The notes under the pieces are model-generated. The model was not told where the DNA came from. It did no database searches and saw only the letters and a list, made by a program, of their open reading frames with translations. A stretch of DNA of 64,000 nt from an uncultured Chloroflexia bacterium (lineage in GTDB: Bacteria > Chloroflexota > Limnocylindria > Limnocylindrales > CSP1-4). The stretch is from positions 416,001-480,000 of the forward strand of contig CAVVYR010000006.1 of assembly GCA_963752475.1 (NCBI GenBank), read 5' to 3'. Below are positions 38,602-47,790 of this stretch, in pieces (the first letter of the stretch is position 1; each line of letters begins with the position of its first letter). A program made the position numbers and the translations under genes.

Positions 38602-39837
38602 ATGCGCTTGCTGTATCTCGATTGGCCGCACCTGCCGCTGCGGCTGGCGCTCGGTCGTGACCCGAGTCCAGAGGAGACGGTCGTCCTTGGTGGACGGCCC
38701 TGGGACCCGGGTCCGGTGCTCGACCGCAGCCCTGCCGCAGGTGCGTTGGGTGTGCGTCGTGGGCAACCGCTGGGGACGGCGCACAGCCTCGTCCCGGAGG
38801 CCCTCTTCCTGCCCCTGGATCCTGCAGGGCTGGCGGATCCATTCGAAGCCGCACTGGAGGCACTGAGCGCGCTCGCACCGGCGGTGGAAGGGGAGGTGGA
38901 TCCGGCCGACCCGCGCTTCGGGCGCGTCCTCATCGGCATCGAAGGGCTCGATCGACTATGGGGTGACGAGCAGGCGCTCGTGCGGCGGGCGCTGGCCATC
39001 GTGGAGCCGCTGCTACCGGGAGCCCCGCGGGTGGGCATCGGCAACACCCGCTTCGGCGCGGGCGTGGCTGCTCGCATCGGGGTCGGTGATATCCCTGCCG
39101 GCGGGCGGCGGGAGGAGGCCGCCTTCCTCGCTCCATTGCCACTGACGCTGACCCCGGCGGAGCCGGGCGTGCACGAGCGCCTGCGCGTGTTGGGGCTCGA
39201 GACCATGGGCCAGCTGGCCGCGCTGGACCACTCCGCGGTGGTGGCACGCTTCGGGCCGGCGGGCGCGGAGATGCACGACCTCGTGCGCGGCATGGATCGC
39301 CGGCCGCTGCGCCCACGCCGGCCGCTGGAGCATCTCGCGGCGGACGTGGAGCTGGATCCGCCGGCTGACGAGCTGGAGCCGCTGCGTTTCGTGCTGCACC
39401 ATCTCAGCAGCACGCTTTGCGAGCAATTGGCTGCGCGCGGGGCCGGGGCGGCCAGGGCAGCACTGACGCTCTCGCTGGAGCGCTCACAGCACGACCGGGG
39501 GCCGCGGACCATGACCTACGAGCAGGCGCTGCCGGAACCGTCCGCGGCGGCAGAGCTGCTGGAGCGGTTGCTCCTGGCGCGGCTGGAGGCGGAGCCGCCG
39601 TCGGCGCCGGTGGAGCGGCTGGCGCTGCAACTCGACGGCACCGCCCCGGAGGCCGGTCAGCAACTGACGCTGTTCGACCGGCAAGGTGCCCATGCCGCCC
39701 GGCTGGAATGGCAGCTGGCCAGCCTCGCCATCCGTTTCGGCGAGGATCGCATCCTGCGCGCCACCACCGCGGATACCGACGATCCGCTGGCCGAGCGCCG
39801 CTTCTCCTGGCATGACGCGGTGGGCTCGGAGGCATGA
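38602..39837 (+). CDS. imuB: ImuB (catalytically inactive Y-family polymerase)
   Basis: AAGALGVRRGQPL, GLDRLWGDE, LRVLGLETMGQL, beta-clamp motif QLTLF. Confidence 0.85.
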   Translation: MRLLYLDWPHLPLRLALGRDPSPEETVVLGGRPWDPGPVLDRSPAAGALGVRRGQPLGTAHSLVPEALFLPLDPAGLADPFEAALEALSALAPAVEGEVDPADPRFGRVLIGIEGLDRLWGDEQALVRRALAIVEPLLPGAPRVGIGNTRFGAGVAARIGVGDIPAGGRREEAAFLAPLPLTLTPAEPGVHERLRVLGLETMGQLAALDHSAVVARFGPAGAEMHDLVRGMDRRPLRPRRPLEHLAADVELDPPADELEPLRFVLHHLSSTLCEQLAARGAGAARAALTLSLERSQHDRGPRTMTYEQALPEPSAAAELLERLLLARLEAEPPSAPVERLALQLDGTAPEAGQQLTLFDRQGAHAARLEWQLASLAIRFGEDRILRATTADTDDPLAERRFSWHDAVGSEA

Positions 39838-40082
39838 CTCGGCTGCTCGGGCAGCACCCGGCCATCGACGTGGACACGGACGATCGTGGCTGGCCCGTGA
39901 GCCTTCGCTGGTCCGGCGTGCGGGAACCGGTCGAGGCCTGCAATCACTGGCGAATCGAGGAGGCCTGGTGGCGCCGGCCGCTCGTGCGCGAGTACTTCAA
40001 GGTCGTGGGGCCACGCCTGCTGGCGCTGGTCTATCGGGATGTGCTCGACGGCAGCTGGCACCTCGAGCGGCTCTATGACTAG
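39834..40082 (+). CDS. Small ImuB-associated protein (DUF6504-like)
   Basis: WRIEEAWWRRPLVREYFKV...VYRD...WHLERLYD; translationally coupled to imuB (ATGA). Confidence 0.75.
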   Translation: MTRLLGQHPAIDVDTDDRGWPVSLRWSGVREPVEACNHWRIEEAWWRRPLVREYFKVVGPRLLALVYRDVLDGSWHLERLYD

Positions 40083-40108
40083 CCAGGGTTCGCCACCGTC
40101 GCGGTGGG

Positions 40109-40987
40109 CTAGTACTCGGACAGTCGGGGCGGGTTCGCCGGCGGTTTGCGCCTCATCGCCGGCATGCGCTTGGCCTCGGTGTTCAGCACCGCCAGTGGGT
40201 CCACGCGCTCACGGGCGTAGAAGGGATAGCCCCTCAGCCGAGCCGACTCGTGGACGCGCATCATCGGGCCATCCATGCGTACCAGGCGGTAGCGCATCAT
40301 CTGCATGCCCTCGGCCTTGGCCATGTGCCCGATGGGCTGGCCGGCCTTGACCTTGTCGCCGGCCTTGACGAGGAGTTCCTTGATCTCGGTGTACACGCTG
40401 TAGTAGCCATTGCCATCGTCGACCACGAGGCCCTGCGGGAACCACGGCTTCTCCGACTTCTTGGCGGCCTTGGGGTCGTCGATCGGCGCATAGCGGCGGT
40501 AGACCCGATCGAGCGTCCCGTCGTAGCCGACGTGCTCGGCCCAGTCCCGACCCGCGGCCACGACGGTGCCCTTGTGCGCGGCCTTGACGATGGCGCCGTC
40601 GAACCAGGTGATGACGAGGCCGTCATGCATACGCTCGCCGGCGATCTGGAAGTCACCCTTGGGATGGGCTTGGTAGTAGCGCGCGACCATGCCGCCACGG
40701 ACGGGCCAGCGATAACCCCTGAGCTTGGTCGGCAGCTTCGAGGTGGGTTGTTCGAGCACGGCCGACCGGACCTCGGCGACGTCGAGTCCCTCGGCCGCTG
40801 CGGTGGTGTCTTCGGTGAGCGGCTCGTGGCCGGCGCCGATCGCGGGCTCGGCATATTGGGGAGTGGCGATGACGATGGCCAAGACGATCGCGATGACGGC
40901 CATGAGGAAGCCACCGGTCAGTAGCCCGGCAAGGGCATCACGGCGCGCCGAGGGGTCTGTTTGCTGGCCTACACGCGCCGAGGGCAC
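40109..40987 (-). CDS. Membrane-anchored M23/LytM-fold protein, apparently degenerate
   Basis: WPVRGG, HDGLVI, VKAAHKGTVV, DDGNGYYSVY, VKAGDKVKAGQPIG, VDPL. Start is uncertain. Confidence 0.75.
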   Translation of the reverse strand: MPSARVGQQTDPSARRDALAGLLTGGFLMAVIAIVLAIVIATPQYAEPAIGAGHEPLTEDTTAAAEGLDVAEVRSAVLEQPTSKLPTKLRGYRWPVRGGMVARYYQAHPKGDFQIAGERMHDGLVITWFDGAIVKAAHKGTVVAAGRDWAEHVGYDGTLDRVYRRYAPIDDPKAAKKSEKPWFPQGLVVDDGNGYYSVYTEIKELLVKAGDKVKAGQPIGHMAKAEGMQMMRYRLVRMDGPMMRVHESARLRGYPFYARERVDPLAVLNTEAKRMPAMRRKPPANPPRLSEY

Positions 40988-41089
40988 GGACGTCGCTCGC
41001 AGGCCCCTATCTGCCACTGCCCTGATTCTAGCAACTCCCGGGGTGTTGACACAACGCAACGGCGCACATTCTCGGAGCGGATGTCGGGC

Positions 41090-41118
41090 TTCACCAAATA
41101 GAACAGATGTTCTATCAT
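41090..41118 (+). promoter_or_regulatory. Sigma70-type promoter with LexA SOS box (dnaE2)
   Basis: TTCACC-17 nt-TATCAT, with GAACAGATGTTC at 41101-41112. Confidence 0.9.
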
Positions 41119-41125
41119 CGGCCGA

Positions 41126-44100
41126 GTGACCAAGGCCTTCGCGGAACTCCATTGCCATACCGATTTCTCGTTCCTCGACGGCGCTTCGCCCGCGGATGAC
41201 CTCGTCGAACGAGCCGTGGGCCTGGGCCTCTCCGCTCTCGCGGTCACGGACCATCAGGGGCTGTACGGTGCGGTTCGCTTCAGCAGTGCTGCTCGCGAGG
41301 CCGGGCTACACGCGGTCATCGGTATGGAGGTCGAACTGCTCGATGCGGCGGCTCCGGACCCGGAGCGGATCGTCGTGCCGCGTCGTCGGCGACAGCGCCG
41401 GGAGGCCATGCCGCCGACTCCGATCGCCGAGGCAGGGGAGCCGGTCCGGCCAGCGGTCGGACGTCAACGCCCGCCGGGCCACAGGGATCCGCGGAGGGAG
41501 GACCTGCGCGGCGTCCGGCCGCGAGAGCTCGGTCCGCATCTGACGCTGCTGGCGCGCGACCAGAGTGGTTACGCCAACCTCTGCCGGCTCGCCAGCGCTG
41601 CCCATCTTGCCGGCAGCAAGGGCGTACCCCGCTTCACCCACGAAGTGCTGGAGCAGCACCGTGACGGACTCGTCATCCTCACCGGCTGCCGTCACGGGGA
41701 GTTGCCGCGGCGCCTCCTGGCCGGCGATCGTGAGGGTGCCACACAGGCGCTCCAGCGACTCGAGCACATCGCCGCCGCAGACGGGCTCTACGTCGAGCTT
41801 CAGCACCATCTGCTGCCCGACGACGACTGGCTCACCGCGGAGCTGGCGCGCCTGGCCCACCTGACCGGCCTGCCCACGGTCGTGACCAACGATGCCCACT
41901 ACGCGCTGCGCTCGGATCGCGAGTTGCAGGACGTGCTCGTTTCGATCCGCCACGGCCAGGATCTCGAGGCCGCGGCCCACCTGCGTCGACCCAACGGCGA
42001 GTACGCGCTGAAGGATGGAGCGGAGCTGGCCGCGCTGCCGCCGGGCCACGACTCGGACCCGCTCGTGCGTCACGCCTGGCTCGATGGCATCAAGCGGGCC
42101 GGGGAGCTGGCCGCGACCTGCGAAGTGAGCCTGGAGTTCGAGCGCTACCGCTTCCCGGGCTTCCCGGTACCCGGCGGCGAGACCGCCTTCTCGTACCTCG
42201 AGAGGCTATGCCACGACGGCGTCCGCAAGCGCTATCACCCCATCACCCCGCGGGTGCTCAAGCAGATGGCTCACGAACTCGAGGTCATCGAGCGCACCGG
42301 CCTGGCCGAGTTCTTCCTCATCTGCTGGGATCTCATGCGCTTCGCCCGTGAGCGCGGCATCCCCGCGCAGGGCCGCGGCAGCGCCGGGGATTCGATCGTG
42401 GCCTATGCCTTGGGCATCACCCGTGTCGATCCCATCCGCCACGAGCTGCTCTTCGAGCGCTTCATCAACGAGGGCCGCACGACCTACCCGGACGTGGATA
42501 TCGACTTCGCCTCATCCCGGCGCGAGGAGGTCATCGGGTACGTCTACGAGCGCTACGGCGCCGAGCACACGGCCATGGTCTGCAACGTCGTCACCTATCG
42601 GGCGCGTTCGGCCGTGCGTGAGGTCGGCCATGCTCTCGGCTTCCCGCGTCCGCTCGTCGACCGCGTGGCCAAGGCGCTCGAGACCTATGACTCGGTCATG
42701 GTCCGTCGTGATCTGGAGGCGGACGGTGGCTTCGCCGAGTTCTTCACCGAGCCTGGCGAGGGCGTTGAGGGTGTGCGTCAGCTGCTCGACGACATGGGCG
42801 AGCTGCGCCTGCCGACCGCGGACCTTCGGCCGAGCCTATCCGACGACGAGGGCGGGCCCGGCGACACGCCTGCGAGCGAGCACTATCTACGCCACGAATC
42901 GGAGCGACGCCTGGCGCTGGCCTCGTTGGCTCCGGGCCGTGCCGACGAGGATGGGGAGCGCCGCATCATCCCCACCAGCGTGGGTGCCGTCGAACTCGAT
43001 CCGCTGCCGCCGCGCCGTCGGGGCTCCACCCTGGGCCTCTCGCCGTGGGACCGCTGGCTGGAGCTGTGCGCCCGCATCGATGGCCGGCCACGCCACCTCT
43101 CGATCCACGTCGGGGGCATGCTCGTGACCCGGGCGCCGCTCGTGGACATCGCCCCGCTCGAGCACGCCACCATGCCCGGCCGCGTCGTGGTCCAGTTCGA
43201 CAAGCGTGACGTGGAGACGATGAAGCTCATCAAGCTCGACCTGCTCGGGCTGCGCATGCTCAGCGCCATCGATGACGCCCTCCGCGATATCAAGGCCGAC
43301 TGCGCGGTCTGCCTCGACCTCGATCGCCTACCGGAGGACATCGAAGAGGTCTTCCGCATGATCGTCGCGGCGGACACCGTGGGCGTGTTCCAGATCGAGT
43401 CGCGCGCCCAGATGCAGACGCTGCCCAAGAGCCGGCCGCAGACGCTCGACGATCTCGTGGTGGAGGTGGCCATCATCCGGCCGGGTCCCATCCAGGGTGA
43501 CGCCGTGCACCCCTACCTGCGCCGACGCCAGGGCATCGAGGAGGTGACCTACCTGCATCCGAGCCTGGAGCCCATCCTCGAGGAGACCCTCGGCGTGATC
43601 CTCTATCAGGAGCAGGTCATGAAGGTAGCGATCGACGTGGCCGGCTACAGCGCCGCCGACTCCGATGGCTTCCGCCGGGCCATGGGCACATGGCGTAGCT
43701 CTCGTGAGATGGAGCGGCTGCACACCGGCTTCGTCGAGGGCTGCATGACCACCAGCGGGCTCAGCCGCGAGCAGGCGGAGGAGCTCTTCACCAAGGTCGC
43801 CGGCTTCGCCAGCTTCGGCTTCAACAAGAGCCACGCCGCGGCCTTCGCCCGCACGGCCTACGAATCGGCCTTCCTCAAGCTCTTCTACCCGGCGCAGCTC
43901 GTGGCCGGGCTCATCAACGCCCAGCCGATGGGCTTCTACCCGGTCGAGGTGCTCATCAACGACGCCAAGCGACACGGCGTGGCGGTGCTGCCGGTAGACG
44001 TCAACGCCAGCCGTTTGCGGACGACGACCGAATGGGTCGGGCGGCCCGGGGAGCCACTGCCGCCGGATGCGGGCATCGAGCGCCGGCCAGACGTGGTCGA

Positions 44101-44959
44101 GTCATCGGCCGTGGTCGTGCCCTCGGAGTCAGCACGGGACCGGTTCGCGGCGCCGAGCGCGCGCGGCTACGGCATACGGCTGGGCGTCGGGCTGGTCAAG
44201 GGCATCGGGGAGGCGGAAGGGGAGCGGCTCGACGAGGCACGGGCGAACGGAGGGCCCTTCGACTCACTGGCCGACCTGGTGGCCCGCACGGAGCTCTCGG
44301 AGGAGGTCGTGGAGCGTCTCATCCGTGCCGGGGCACTCGACTCGCTGGGCCAACCGCGGCGGGAGGCGTTGTGGCAGCTGCGCGAGATCGCCGGCGCCAC
44401 GCGTGGACGGGCCGCTGGACGCGCGGTCGCTTCTCGAGCCGCCAGGGAGCGGCCGTTGGACATCCGCCTGCCGCCGACGCCGGCACCCGCGCTCCCGCCA
44501 CCGACCGAGCTGGAACGGCTGGGCGACGCCTACGCCATCCTCTCGCTCGATGCCCGACACCAGGTCATGGAGCTCTATCGGCCGGCGCTGAAGGGGCTGG
44601 GCGCGGTGACCCTGGGCGAGCTGGCGGACCGGAAGCCGGGCTGGGTCGCGATCGGCGGGCTGGTGGTCACGCGGCAGCATCCGATGACGGCCAAGGGCAC
44701 GGTCTTCCTCGCGCTCGAGGACGAGACCGGCATGGTCAACGTGACCCTCTGGCCCAAAGTCTGGGGCCGGCTACGTGGCGTCGTCCGCCGGCACGCGCTG
44801 CTCTACGTCGAAGGGCAGCTGCAGGTGGAGGGTGGCACCGTCAACCTCGTTGCCCGCCGTATCCGGCCGCTCGTGGAAGTCTGCCGCGAGCGCGGTGGGC
44901 CGGAGCACCCGGAAGGCGTCCGTCAGCTCGGGCACGCGGGCATGCGTCGGATGGGCTGA
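41126..44959 (+). CDS. dnaE2: Error-prone DNA polymerase DnaE2/ImuC
   Basis: PHP domain AELHCHTDFSFLDGAS, GRGSAGDS, YPDVDID, KLDLLGL, GFNKSHA, OB fold TAKGTVFLALEDETG; SOS box upstream. Confidence 0.93.
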   Translation: MTKAFAELHCHTDFSFLDGASPADDLVERAVGLGLSALAVTDHQGLYGAVRFSSAAREAGLHAVIGMEVELLDAAAPDPERIVVPRRRRQRREAMPPTPIAEAGEPVRPAVGRQRPPGHRDPRREDLRGVRPRELGPHLTLLARDQSGYANLCRLASAAHLAGSKGVPRFTHEVLEQHRDGLVILTGCRHGELPRRLLAGDREGATQALQRLEHIAAADGLYVELQHHLLPDDDWLTAELARLAHLTGLPTVVTNDAHYALRSDRELQDVLVSIRHGQDLEAAAHLRRPNGEYALKDGAELAALPPGHDSDPLVRHAWLDGIKRAGELAATCEVSLEFERYRFPGFPVPGGETAFSYLERLCHDGVRKRYHPITPRVLKQMAHELEVIERTGLAEFFLICWDLMRFARERGIPAQGRGSAGDSIVAYALGITRVDPIRHELLFERFINEGRTTYPDVDIDFASSRREEVIGYVYERYGAEHTAMVCNVVTYRARSAVREVGHALGFPRPLVDRVAKALETYDSVMVRRDLEADGGFAEFFTEPGEGVEGVRQLLDDMGELRLPTADLRPSLSDDEGGPGDTPASEHYLRHESERRLALASLAPGRADEDGERRIIPTSVGAVELDPLPPRRRGSTLGLSPWDRWLELCARIDGRPRHLSIHVGGMLVTRAPLVDIAPLEHATMPGRVVVQFDKRDVETMKLIKLDLLGLRMLSAIDDALRDIKADCAVCLDLDRLPEDIEEVFRMIVAADTVGVFQIESRAQMQTLPKSRPQTLDDLVVEVAIIRPGPIQGDAVHPYLRRRQGIEEVTYLHPSLEPILEETLGVILYQEQVMKVAIDVAGYSAADSDGFRRAMGTWRSSREMERLHTGFVEGCMTTSGLSREQAEELFTKVAGFASFGFNKSHAAAFARTAYESAFLKLFYPAQLVAGLINAQPMGFYPVEVLINDAKRHGVAVLPVDVNASRLRTTTEWVGRPGEPLPPDAGIERRPDVVESSAVVVPSESARDRFAAPSARGYGIRLGVGLVKGIGEAEGERLDEARANGGPFDSLADLVARTELSEEVVERLIRAGALDSLGQPRREALWQLREIAGATRGRAAGRAVASRAARERPLDIRLPPTPAPALPPPTELERLGDAYAILSLDARHQVMELYRPALKGLGAVTLGELADRKPGWVAIGGLVVTRQHPMTAKGTVFLALEDETGMVNVTLWPKVWGRLRGVVRRHALLYVEGQLQVEGGTVNLVARRIRPLVEVCRERGGPEHPEGVRQLGHAGMRRMG

Positions 44960-44963
44960 CGGG

Positions 44964-44981
44964 TGTAGCACGCGTGCTACA
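44964..44981. promoter_or_regulatory. Toxin-antitoxin operator, perfect 18-bp palindrome
   Basis: TGTAGCACGCGTGCTACA, 8 bp upstream of the antitoxin ATG. Confidence 0.8.
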
Positions 44982-44989
44982 GTGTGTCT

Positions 44990-45274
44990 ATGGATCAAGT
45001 CACCATCCGCCAACTCCGCAACGATGTGAGTCGCATCGTGCGTCGAGCGTCTGCAGGGGAGCGGCTCATCATCACGTCGAATGGCGTGCCCATGGCAGAG
45101 ATCCGGCCGCTACAGCGCTCTGCGTCCCAGGAAGCCATCGCGGATCTCATCGAAGCCGGGCGTCTCAACCCGCCGCGCAGTACCGCTCCACCGCGGCGCG
45201 CTCAGCCGATCGAGTTCAGCGGCACACGGACCAGCGAGGAGATCCTCGAAGAGCTCCGCGAGGACCGCCTTTGA
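44990..45274 (+). CDS. vapB: Phd/YefM-family antitoxin (VapB)
   Basis: VTIRQLRNDVSRIVRRASAGERLIITSNGVPMAEI...ILEELREDRL. Confidence 0.85.
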   Translation: MDQVTIRQLRNDVSRIVRRASAGERLIITSNGVPMAEIRPLQRSASQEAIADLIEAGRLNPPRSTAPPRRAQPIEFSGTRTSEEILEELREDRL

Positions 45275-45687
45275 TCTTTCTCGACTCCTCCGCGCTCGTG
45301 AAGCGATACGTCCGCGAGGAGTGGAGCGATCTCGTGGCCGACCTGATGGTCCAAGACCCGGACTGGGCTGCTTCGGAGTTGGCCTGGACCGAGACTCGTA
45401 TCACGCTGTGCCGACGCGGCCCTGAAGGGTCCACGGATTCGACGAGCCAGGCAGAGCTCGCCACCGACTGGCTGCGCTTCAGCACCGTCTCGGTCGATGC
45501 CGATTGTCTCGCCGAGGCCGTCCAGTTCGGCTGTCAGCTGGGAGTCCGAACACTCGATGCGGTCCACTTGGCCGCGGCCATGCGCATGCCGGAGGGTGTT
45601 CGCTTCCTGACCTTCGATCAGCGACAGCAGGACGCGGCTGTCAGCCTTGGGCTGCCGGTGATCGTCGCGAGCGGGGACGGCAGCTAA
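45271..45687 (+). CDS. vapC: PIN-domain toxin VapC
   Basis: TTG start overlapping the vapB stop; IFLDSSALVKRY, LAWTE, RTLDAVHLAAA, FLTFDQRQ. Confidence 0.88.
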   Translation: MIFLDSSALVKRYVREEWSDLVADLMVQDPDWAASELAWTETRITLCRRGPEGSTDSTSQAELATDWLRFSTVSVDADCLAEAVQFGCQLGVRTLDAVHLAAAMRMPEGVRFLTFDQRQQDAAVSLGLPVIVASGDGS

Positions 45688-45710
45688 TGGGTCCCGACCA
45701 GCACTAGTTG

Positions 45711-46508
45711 CTACTCGCTGCCCTTGCGGCGAGCTTCGCGGTCGGCGTACTTCTGCGCGCGCAGGGCCTCGCGGTCGGCACGCGCCTGCTCCTTGGCCTT
45801 CTCCGCCTGCTCTCGTTCCTTGGCCGCGCGGTTGGCCGCGGCACGCTGCTGCGAGTTGCGCAGGAACCGGCGATACCAGGAGGCGAAGCCGCCGGCGAGG
45901 ATGCCGATGACCAGGCCCAGGCCGTAGGTCTGCAGGATGGCGTCGGTCGTGAGACCGACGACCTCGCCCTCGGCGTTGGCCGTCAGCAGCGTGTCCGCGT
46001 ACTGCTCGCGCATCGTCTCGGTGGCGATGGCCATCACCACCGTCCAGACGGTGGCGCTGAGGAAGCCCAGGATGCCGCCGACGAGGTACGAGCCGCGTGG
46101 GGCCACGAAGCCGCCGATGAAGAAGATGAACAGGCTGGTCGGGTGCAGTGTGAGACTGATGTAGAGCGAGATGCCGTTCTGGACGAGTTCCGGAAGGTCG
46201 TCGAAGGCACCGTTGATGAGCGCGACCGAGAACCCGAAGGTCAGCGCAAGCAGCCCGAAGGGCAGCCACACGAGCGGCTTTCGGAAGATCGTCGGGATGG
46301 CCTTGATGTCTCCGACGACATCGGGCATCGAGAACATCGATCCGGACGACTGGGGCTGTTCGGCCGCTGGAAGATCGGCGGCCTCGGCACCTTCCTCGAG
46401 CTCGATGGGATCGGCCTCGAGCTCGCGTTGCTCATCGCGGTGGCGACGGCGCGCTTCGGCTCGGCTGGTGTTCTTGCGACGGATGCTGGTATTCCTGGAA
46501 CGGGGCAC
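45711..46508 (-). CDS. Membrane protein (about 4 TM) with charged termini
   Basis: Several hydrophobic helices and a coiled-coil C-terminus; GTG start inferred. Confidence 0.65.
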   Translation of the reverse strand: MPRSRNTSIRRKNTSRAEARRRHRDEQRELEADPIELEEGAEAADLPAAEQPQSSGSMFSMPDVVGDIKAIPTIFRKPLVWLPFGLLALTFGFSVALINGAFDDLPELVQNGISLYISLTLHPTSLFIFFIGGFVAPRGSYLVGGILGFLSATVWTVVMAIATETMREQYADTLLTANAEGEVVGLTTDAILQTYGLGLVIGILAGGFASWYRRFLRNSQQRAAANRAAKEREQAEKAKEQARADREALRAQKYADREARRKGSE

Positions 46509-46653
46509 GTGTAGTCCTGCTGCGCTCGTAGATGGGGCGGCGCGATGGTACCGCGCCAGCGACGTCCGCGCCGGACGTCGCGGGTTTCCACGCTCGCCGA
46601 CCATGACTTTCGGGCCCTCGTCGCCCGCCGCCGCCGCCCTACACTCCGTGGAC

Positions 46654-47790
46654 GTGAGCCTGCCAGCCACCGCGACCCCACGCCTCTCGGACATCGACTG
46701 GCGCTGGGCGCTGCCGCGGATCATGCTCGTCTTCCTCGTCACACGCCTGCTGGTGTTCGGCGTGCTGGTGGCGGCCGAGGTGGCCTACCCGGACCAGTCG
46801 CCACCAGGACATCTGGTCTCCGACGAACGCCCTGTCCTGACGACGCTGACAGCCTGGGACGGCGCGTGGTATCGCGGTATCGCCGAGGACGGCTACCACG
46901 CCGAGTTCGAACGCTGGCCCGACTACGCGTTCTACCCGCTCTACCCGGTGGCTATCCGAGCCACGTCGATGCTGACACTCGGGGACACCGCCCTCGCAGC
47001 GCTGCTCATCTCGAACCTGGCCTTCTTCGTGGCGCTCGTCGCGTTCTATGCCCTTTCGGTGCGATACCTGCCCCCTGATCGAGCCGTGTTCAGCCTCTGG
47101 CTCCTGGGGCTGGCACCCGGAGCTATCGCGTTCTCGCTGGCCTATACCGAGAGCCTCTTCCTGCTGCTGGCGATCGGCTCGTTCCTGGCCGGCGAAACGC
47201 GGCGCTACCGACTCGCCGGCGTCCTGGTGGCACTGGCGACGCTGGCTCGCCCGACGGGGATCCTGCTGATCCTCCCGCTGGCCGTGCTCTACCTGCAACG
47301 TGACGGCTGGCGTCCGACGCGTGCAATGATCCCACTGGTCCTGGCACCGTTGGCCTGGCTGGCGTGGTTCGCCTACGTCTGGTGGTTGACGGGTGATCCC
47401 ATGGCCGCGTTCAACGCTCAGGACTCATGGGACACGTTCTACCAGGCGAGCCCTGACGAGGTCACACCCGACGATCCGAGGCTCCTGCCACAGGGTCCGG
47501 CCATCCTGGTCTACTACCTCGTCATCGGGCTCTACACGTTCTCGCTCGTGTTCCTGCGGCCGGACCGGTTTCCGCATGCCTACCGACTGGCGGTCGTGGT
47601 GCTCATCGGCAGCCTCTTCCTGGCCGGCCGGCTGGACTCGGCGGTGCGCTACCTCACCGTGGCCTGGCCGGTGTACTGGGGCTTCGCTACACGTGAATCG
47701 CGGCTCGGACGGGCGGCGATCGTCGTGCTGTTCACCGCGCTGCAGCTGGTTCTGCTGTGGTACATCTTCACTTGGAACACCCTGCCGTGA
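46654..47790 (+). CDS. GT-C (PIG-V/Mannosyl_trans2-like) mannosyltransferase
   Basis: AWDGAWYRGIAEDGY, YAFYPLYP, AYTESLFL, LARPTG, VRY. Confidence 0.85.
   Translation: MSLPATATPRLSDIDWRWALPRIMLVFLVTRLLVFGVLVAAEVAYPDQSPPGHLVSDERPVLTTLTAWDGAWYRGIAEDGYHAEFERWPDYAFYPLYPVAIRATSMLTLGDTALAALLISNLAFFVALVAFYALSVRYLPPDRAVFSLWLLGLAPGAIAFSLAYTESLFLLLAIGSFLAGETRRYRLAGVLVALATLARPTGILLILPLAVLYLQRDGWRPTRAMIPLVLAPLAWLAWFAYVWWLTGDPMAAFNAQDSWDTFYQASPDEVTPDDPRLLPQGPAILVYYLVIGLYTFSLVFLRPDRFPHAYRLAVVVLIGSLFLAGRLDSAVRYLTVAWPVYWGFATRESRLGRAAIVVLFTALQLVLLWYIFTWNTLP

Noticed and set aside
42740-43040. Intein in DnaE2
   Set aside because: No C/S...HN splice junctions or LAGLIDADG motifs.
44032-45687. 551-aa ORF ending in a PIN domain
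   Set aside because: The upstream part is an alternative frame of dnaE2 and vapB. The real vapC starts at TTG 45271.
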